DNA from: Trichodelitschia bisporula
Lineage: Eukaryota
Length of the DNA stretch: 64,000 nucleotides
Direction: 5' to 3'
Assembly: GCA_010356995.1 (NCBI GenBank)
Contig: ML996694.1
Coordinates: 123,224 to 187,223, forward strand
Below the pieces are notes generated by a model that worked only from the letters and a program-made list of their open reading frames with translations, was not told where the DNA came from and searched no databases. Position 1 is the first letter of the stretch; each line of letters opens with the position of its first letter. The translations under genes were made by a program, and so were the position numbers. Of the stretch, positions 58,301-64,000 are shown piece by piece.

Positions 58301-60046
58301 ATGCCTTCGGGGTGCAATACCGCCACCTCGCCAGCCATGGAGTCCTCGACTTTCCTTTCCGGTCTTGCGAAGAAAATGCGTGGGTTCAAGCGGGGGACAA
58401 AGAAGGACAAGAAGAAATCCGATTCCACCATCATGAGGGAGCTGGAGATTTCCCTGAGCGGCAATAGGGTCCTGCGCCGGTCAATCAAAATCGTTCTGGT
58501 GCATGCGACAACGGCTGCTGCGCCTCTCGGCGGGAAGGGACACTCGCTTCAGCATGCGGAGGGAGAGACTGCCGTGCAGTGGACCCCGAAGCTGCCGGAG
58601 CCCCTTGCGCCCACCGAAACCTCCGTGCTTGTCATCTGGCAGCCGGAGGTGCAGCCAGAGCACCAGCAATCGGAGCGGCAGGAGCACCAGCTGCCAGAGC
58701 AACAGCAAGACAAGCAGCCAGACCAGCAGCCATTGAAGCAGCCCGAGCAACAGCCAGGCGAGCACTCAGCGCAGCATCCATTGAAGGAGACCGAGCAGCA
58801 TGCGAAGGGACCCACGGAGACCTCAAAACCCGAGGCGCTTGAGGGCGGTGGTACTCCAGAACTTCCGGTGGAGCCAGTGCAGCTTCCGACGCCGGAGTCC
58901 GTGGAGACCATCGTCCAAGGTGGAGCGTCCGAGCATAAGGAAACCGATTGTGACGATGTGGTTGCTAAACAGGTCAATGAAGAGGCCGGCACCAAACCCG
59001 CCGACCCAATTTCGAAATTCCCGCCTAATGTCTTCTCTGGCCCAGCGCCAGTTCGACTTGATGATGCCGCTTTCACCGTCGACTTCGGCGGCGAGGAAGC
59101 CAAGCCTTGGGTTCTCCCGCGCTTCGGTCGTAACATTCTTACGCCGACTTCACGCCTGCCGCCCGCTCGCCGCCCCCCGACCCGGAAGCTCGATGTTCCA
59201 GGCTTGCTTGCAATGTTTGAGGGCCCCGGTTGCTACATGGAGTGGGGTGGAGCGCACGCCCCGGCCGATATGCCCAAGGCATGTGTCGAGTGCACCACCC
59301 CTAAGACCGAGCAAAATGTGCCACTTCCACCGTCATCAGCTGATCTTGGGGCTCCGACATCCGATGCCAAAGAAAATTCAGAAGAAACCAGCGCCTCGAT
59401 TTCATTTATCGGCGACCGCGCCGCCCCGGAGGCAGTTAGCCATGAGACCACCACTCTGCTACCCTCGGCTCCAGCTCGCCGCATTCTCAACCCATCTTCG
59501 CGTCTTGCCCGCGCCGGCCCGCAGTTGGATCTCAAAGTACCGCTTCCACCTTCGCAATTTGAGTTTGGGGTGTCCGGTTCCGTATTCGATTTTACAGTTA
59601 AGCAACAAGCCTTCCAGCTGCCCCCGATTCCCAGCTTTGCAAATCCCGCCAACGAGAACTTGATGGACCTGTCGCACTGCAATAATGAGGCTGAGGGAAA
59701 TACCGAGAGATTTAAGCTCACGGAGTATGAGGATATCGAGGAGAAAGACACCGGGGATGAGGACGAGGAGGAGGACGAGGAGGACGAGGTCAAGCCGGAC
59801 ACTACAACTCGTGTCTACAGCACTGTGGGCGGTCCGTTCTTCGCGGCTATCGAGGAGCGGTGCCCTGAGATCCGTATGGGTGACTCCGGTGCCTACAAGG
59901 CCGTGGAGGAACCGGTTACGACGGCGCAGGGTGACAACGAGGCGGCTGAAGAAGCTAAGAAGAAGAAGAAGAAGCGCGGTGGTAAGGGACGCAAGAAAAA
60001 CGGCAAGGGGCTGAAGGGCGGGAAGGGCGGAAAGGGGAAAAAGTAG
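58301..60046 (+). CDS. Orphan 581-aa intronless protein: basic N-terminus, Q/P/E octapeptide repeats, Cys-containing core, acidic tract, Lys/Gly tail
   Basis: Uninterrupted ORF from GTTAACATG after a CT-rich tract; the core is conserved with the neighbouring decayed copy. Confidence 0.7.
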   Translation: MPSGCNTATSPAMESSTFLSGLAKKMRGFKRGTKKDKKKSDSTIMRELEISLSGNRVLRRSIKIVLVHATTAAAPLGGKGHSLQHAEGETAVQWTPKLPEPLAPTETSVLVIWQPEVQPEHQQSERQEHQLPEQQQDKQPDQQPLKQPEQQPGEHSAQHPLKETEQHAKGPTETSKPEALEGGGTPELPVEPVQLPTPESVETIVQGGASEHKETDCDDVVAKQVNEEAGTKPADPISKFPPNVFSGPAPVRLDDAAFTVDFGGEEAKPWVLPRFGRNILTPTSRLPPARRPPTRKLDVPGLLAMFEGPGCYMEWGGAHAPADMPKACVECTTPKTEQNVPLPPSSADLGAPTSDAKENSEETSASISFIGDRAAPEAVSHETTTLLPSAPARRILNPSSRLARAGPQLDLKVPLPPSQFEFGVSGSVFDFTVKQQAFQLPPIPSFANPANENLMDLSHCNNEAEGNTERFKLTEYEDIEEKDTGDEDEEEDEEDEVKPDTTTRVYSTVGGPFFAAIEERCPEIRMGDSGAYKAVEEPVTTAQGDNEAAEEAKKKKKKRGGKGRKKNGKGLKGGKGGKGKK

Positions 60047-61416
60047 CTTGTCCAAAGGCCGAGCTGTCCTCTCTATGGGGAGCGAAGAATATGAGGGAAG
60101 GGTGTGATGGTCTGGTCTGCTAGTTCTAATGTTCGTCAATGTCTTTTAATCCTGCGTCCCAGATGCGGGAAAGAAGTAGCAATTCAATTCATGATCTGAA
60201 GGAGTACGTGCGGGTTCTTTCTTCGTGCTTTGACCCATATAGCCAGTTCTTGATGCTTGAAGTCGCGGATGGGGAGTTGATGCGATATATGCGTCGTCTG
60301 TGGACCGAGCGCCGTCTGGCTGAAGTTGAGACGTTCGCATAATGCGCCACACCTACGCCACATGCCACGCCGCAGCGGCCAGTTGCCGGGTAACCACATC
60401 ACCTTAACCACTGGATCTCAACGTCGTTGCATTTTTCACTTCGTCACTTTCTGTGCCATTACCCATCCTTCACATCATTCAAATGCATGAATTATTTGCT
60501 TACACCTACTAGCATAGTTACAGCCAGCATGTCAACGAAGCCCTTCGATCCGCACGTCCTCTCCATTACCAGCGTTAATCAATGGACTCTAGTTCTAGTT
60601 CTAGGCGCACTCCCGTTTTACGGTTTCATAGAATAGTTACTCTCTTTGTCCAATGTCAAAAACATTTGATTATCCCAGCTGATTCCTTGCTAACTCAAAG
60701 GAAAGCTGACTTACGCACTTCACCTCCAAAATGCGTTGGCAGTCGTCCTGACAACACCTGGTAGAAGCAACATGAACATCGTGACAATCAACGTTGAGAA
60801 TCAGCACCCTGGGGCAAACAATAAAGTTCTAACAGCGACCCCAAGTTCAGATAAAATCAAAGTTGCGACGGAATCAAACTCACAAAGTTACATCCATCAA
60901 AAAAGGGCCAAAGAGCAAAAATAATATCTTTTCGGAGTATGAAATCCCACAATCTTCAGCGGCCAGCTCAAGAAAGTGAGTTTTACTACCGAGGGTCGAA
61001 CTCGAGGGGCTGACCAGTGGGTGATATGGAATGATCTAGACAGACGAAGTTAACTGTTATACTCTGTCCCACTCGACCACACTGCCCCGAATCCGGTGCC
61101 CTAGACAAACCATTTTTGTGCGGCGGGGAATATAAGGGGACGGTCGGTAGGCCAAGACTGTACAGCAGGCTTACGCGTGCAGCCAACAGCTCCCTAGAAC
61201 GCTCTTGTCCATCTAACCAGGCTGCCCAGGCTTCTAAAGTGCAAACTTTCATATTTGGAACCAAGGAAGAGCTAAAAGGCACCCATAAACTGGTAGGGAA
61301 CAACATATCATCCGTTATTACTGTTCGTACCTGTGAAGTGTTTGTCAGTCTTAGAACTCTCAACATCTCCAAAAGCATGAATTGATAAGGACTACAACCC
61401 TCCGCAAAGCAAGTTC

Positions 61417-62490
61417 TCAGGCAACCGTCTCCCCATTCGCCGGCACCGCCGCCGTCGGCGCCGGCGGCGGCTTCTCCGGCTTCACATACCCAAACCTATT
61501 CTCCGTAATCGCAAGCTTCAGCTCCGTCCCCGCATCCAGCCCCTCCGAGTCATCCTGCAAATCAAAGCTCTTCCCATTCGCTGCAACCGCAACCGCACGC
61601 CCATGCACCCCCTCATCAGCACACAGCCTCATCGCAACATCCACACAATCGCTGACCTCCGCCAAACTCAAACCCGCCTTCTCCATATACTCCCAGTATC
61701 CTTTCGTCATATTCGTCTTGACGAAAGTTGGGGCGAGGAGATTGACTCTGAGATCCGGATGTCCCTCGCCTAGGATCCGGCGTGCACCGCGGAGGGCACG
61801 GAATATACCTCGCACACCCCACTTGCTGCCGCAGTAGTCGAGCACGCCCGTCATGCTGGTGAATCCGCCCATCGACGCGACGAGCAGGATGGTCTTTGCA
61901 TCGCTGCTCGGGCCCGGGTTGTGCCGGAAGTGGTGCAGCGCGAGGTAGACGGTGTTGTACACGGCCATCATGTTGATGTCGAGGACGCGGGTGGAGGGCG
62001 GCTCGGGGTCGCCGTTGGCGTCGAGCGGGGGATTCTGGATCCAGGATCGCTGGCCGGAATTGCCGACGCCGGCGCTTGGGATTAGGATGTCGAGGGTGTG
62101 GTTGGGGGAGAAGGCGAGGCTGGCTTTGAAGGCGGCGATGAGGGAGGGCCAGGAGGTTACGTCGGTTTTGATGAATTGCGCGCTGGAGAGGTTAGCTGGG
62201 TGGGTAGAGTTATGGGAGGAGGAGGTACTGTAGCCCCTGGTCGGTGAGTTGCCCGGCTGTATCGTTGCCGTCGGTTTCGTTGATGTCGGCGATTGTCACG
62301 TAGGCGCTGGGACGTCAGTTGAGTTCATCGGATTGGCTTGGGAGAATTACCCCGCTTCAGCGAGCGCGATGGCGCAGCCTTGCCCGATGCCCGTGGCGCC
62401 GCCGGTGATGAGCACGGTTTTGCCCTTTAGGCTGGCTGTGTCGAGGGACGACGACAGGTCGATCTTGGGGCTCCACTTGTCGGTCTCCAT
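61417..62490 (-). CDS. Short-chain dehydrogenase/reductase (classical SDR), 3 exons
   Basis: GKTVLITGGATGIG (TGxxxGxG), TIADIN, KTDVTSW, SAG, VASMGG, YCGSK (YxxxK), RVNLLAP. Confidence 0.92.
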
Positions 62491-63428
62491 GGCTGAAAGA
62501 TCACAATAGCAAATGAGGGGAAAGAGCAGAGGTGTCTAGCCTTATATTTCTCCGCCCTGTTCCCCCGGATGAGCTTATGTACGTAGCGGCGCCCACGCGA
62601 ATTAGTCTACCCCGCGGAATACGCCTGAACTAGGGGTTCCTTGCGGGTGCGAGATCTGCCGAGGAGAGACGCCAGTAAGTGAGATAGATTAATGAGATAT
62701 GGGATAGGCACAAAAGAGGGGCTTAGTTGTATCGGTATAGGTGCTTTTCGCCGATCTAAGGGCCTGTGAACGACTGGAGGAACAGAATCGTGATAGATGA
62801 ACGGCGGATTGTCCGGGATAGGTCGGCCAGTAAGGCTGCTTGGATCGGTTGCTTATCCGAAGACGAGGCATGGGGCAAGCTACAGTTGTCATTGGACTAC
62901 GATATATCACCTTTAAAGGAAAGAGGGGAAGGCTGAGGGGAAAGGCTGAGAGAGTGGGGTGAGCGGATGAGGTGAGGTGTCCGGGTGGACAAAATTAATG
63001 CCTCAGGCTCTACCGTTGAAGACCGTTGATCTCCAGGCAGCGACAAGCGTCAGTGGCATCATCCTCTTCCATTCTTCCCCACACCACCAATACACCCCGG
63101 CATTGTTGAGACGCACGGCAGGACAGACTCGATAACCAACGCCTTTACCATCCGAGGTGGGTGCCCGTCCTGCGACCAACTTTCCATCCCCCATCTCGGC
63201 TATGCTGACGTCCCGGTCAACCGGCAGAGCTTCTTCCCCTCCATGATGCCCAGAGCTTCACAACCGACTCAACGGCTCTCGGCCTTCTAAGATCATCCAT
63301 CCCATTTCATATCTGCATCCATATTTATCACATCCTTGTCTCCGAACACACCCGCATCGTCCGCAGCCTTAAAACTGCCATATCCATAGCTCAGAGCTCC
63401 CGGACAGAGTTCCGACCAAACCCCCACA

Positions 63429-64000
63429 ATGAACAACTTCGTCTACGACCTCTTCCTCTGGACCTTCTCGGTCCTGGTCGACCTCTTCTTCCGTGAAGTC
63501 CACCCCCGCGGCTCATGGAAGGTCCCGCGTAAAGGGCCGGTGATTTTCGTTGCCGCGCCTCATGCAAACCAAGTACGCGCCGCGTCCCACCGCACGCCGC
63601 ACTGCTAACCGTCGTAGTTCGTCGACTCCCTCATCCTTATGCGCCTCGTGCGAATTGAGGCCCGCCGCCGCATCGTCTTCCTCATCGCCGAAAAGTCCAT
63701 GCGTCGCCGCTTTATCGGCTTTGCCGCCCGACTCATTGGCGCTATACCCGTTGGCCGCGCCCTAGACAGCACTAAGGCTGCGCCCGGGCGCATATACCTC
63801 CCGGATCCCGAGAACGAACCGCTGCTGGTGCGCGGCGTGGGCACGAATTTTGAGGACAAGGAATTCCAGGTTGGCGGATTGCTTGTGCTTCCGAATGTCA
63901 ACCACGCAGCGGCCAATGCCGAGATTCTGGAGATTGTGGGGCCAGAGGAGATTCGACTTAAGAAACCCTTCAAGGGAGCTGGTTTGGACCTTGTGACGGG
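63429..64000 (+). CDS. SCT1: Glycerol-3-phosphate O-acyltransferase Sct1/Gpt2 family, 5' part (runs off window)
   Basis: DLFFREVHPRGSWKVP..GPVIFVAAPHANQ/FVD (HxxxxD motif across intron 63574-63617), LIAEKS, IPVGRALD. Confidence 0.9.

Noticed and set aside
1..64000. tRNA, rRNA or a secondary-metabolite cluster; many antisense and overlapping ORFs in the track
   Set aside because: No tRNA cloverleaf, rRNA signature or PKS/NRPS/terpene backbone was seen; the shadow ORFs are expected from high GC content and the skewed composition.

Overview
Eukaryotic, GC-rich, intron-containing DNA from a filamentous ascomycete (inferred from 45-60 nt GT-AG introns with CTRAC-type branch points and from the gene content). 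About 20 protein-coding genes can be reconstructed by hand-splicing: the 3' end of an Est1/SMG6-like PIN protein, a PARP, NC2-alpha (Bur6), a saccharopine-dehydrogenase-like oxidoreductase, RPL43, a RING-PHD-SRI protein, the succinate/fumarate carrier SFC1, DHFR, Mediator Med22, PP4 subunit Psy2, a secreted aspartic protease, an SMP/LEA-like microprotein, an Ecl1-family protein, EFM3, RPS24, Psr1, an SDR and the 5' end of a glycerol-3-phosphate acyltransferase, plus several orphans. Three things are not explained by this gene list. (1) A strand-symmetric sawtooth of A/C-rich then G/T-rich blocks overrides synonymous codon choice in conserved genes, resets at some introns and fades in accessory DNA. 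(2) A TATA-led, ORF-less, hairpin-dense hierarchical repeat array at about 45.8-47.6 kb carries repeated splice-like signals. (3) A tandem orphan gene family at about 54-60 kb has one intact copy and decayed copies with RIP-like lesions. There is also a copia-gag relic, a GC-AG intron and a 160-N gap. All assignments come from motif recognition by eye; no database search was run.
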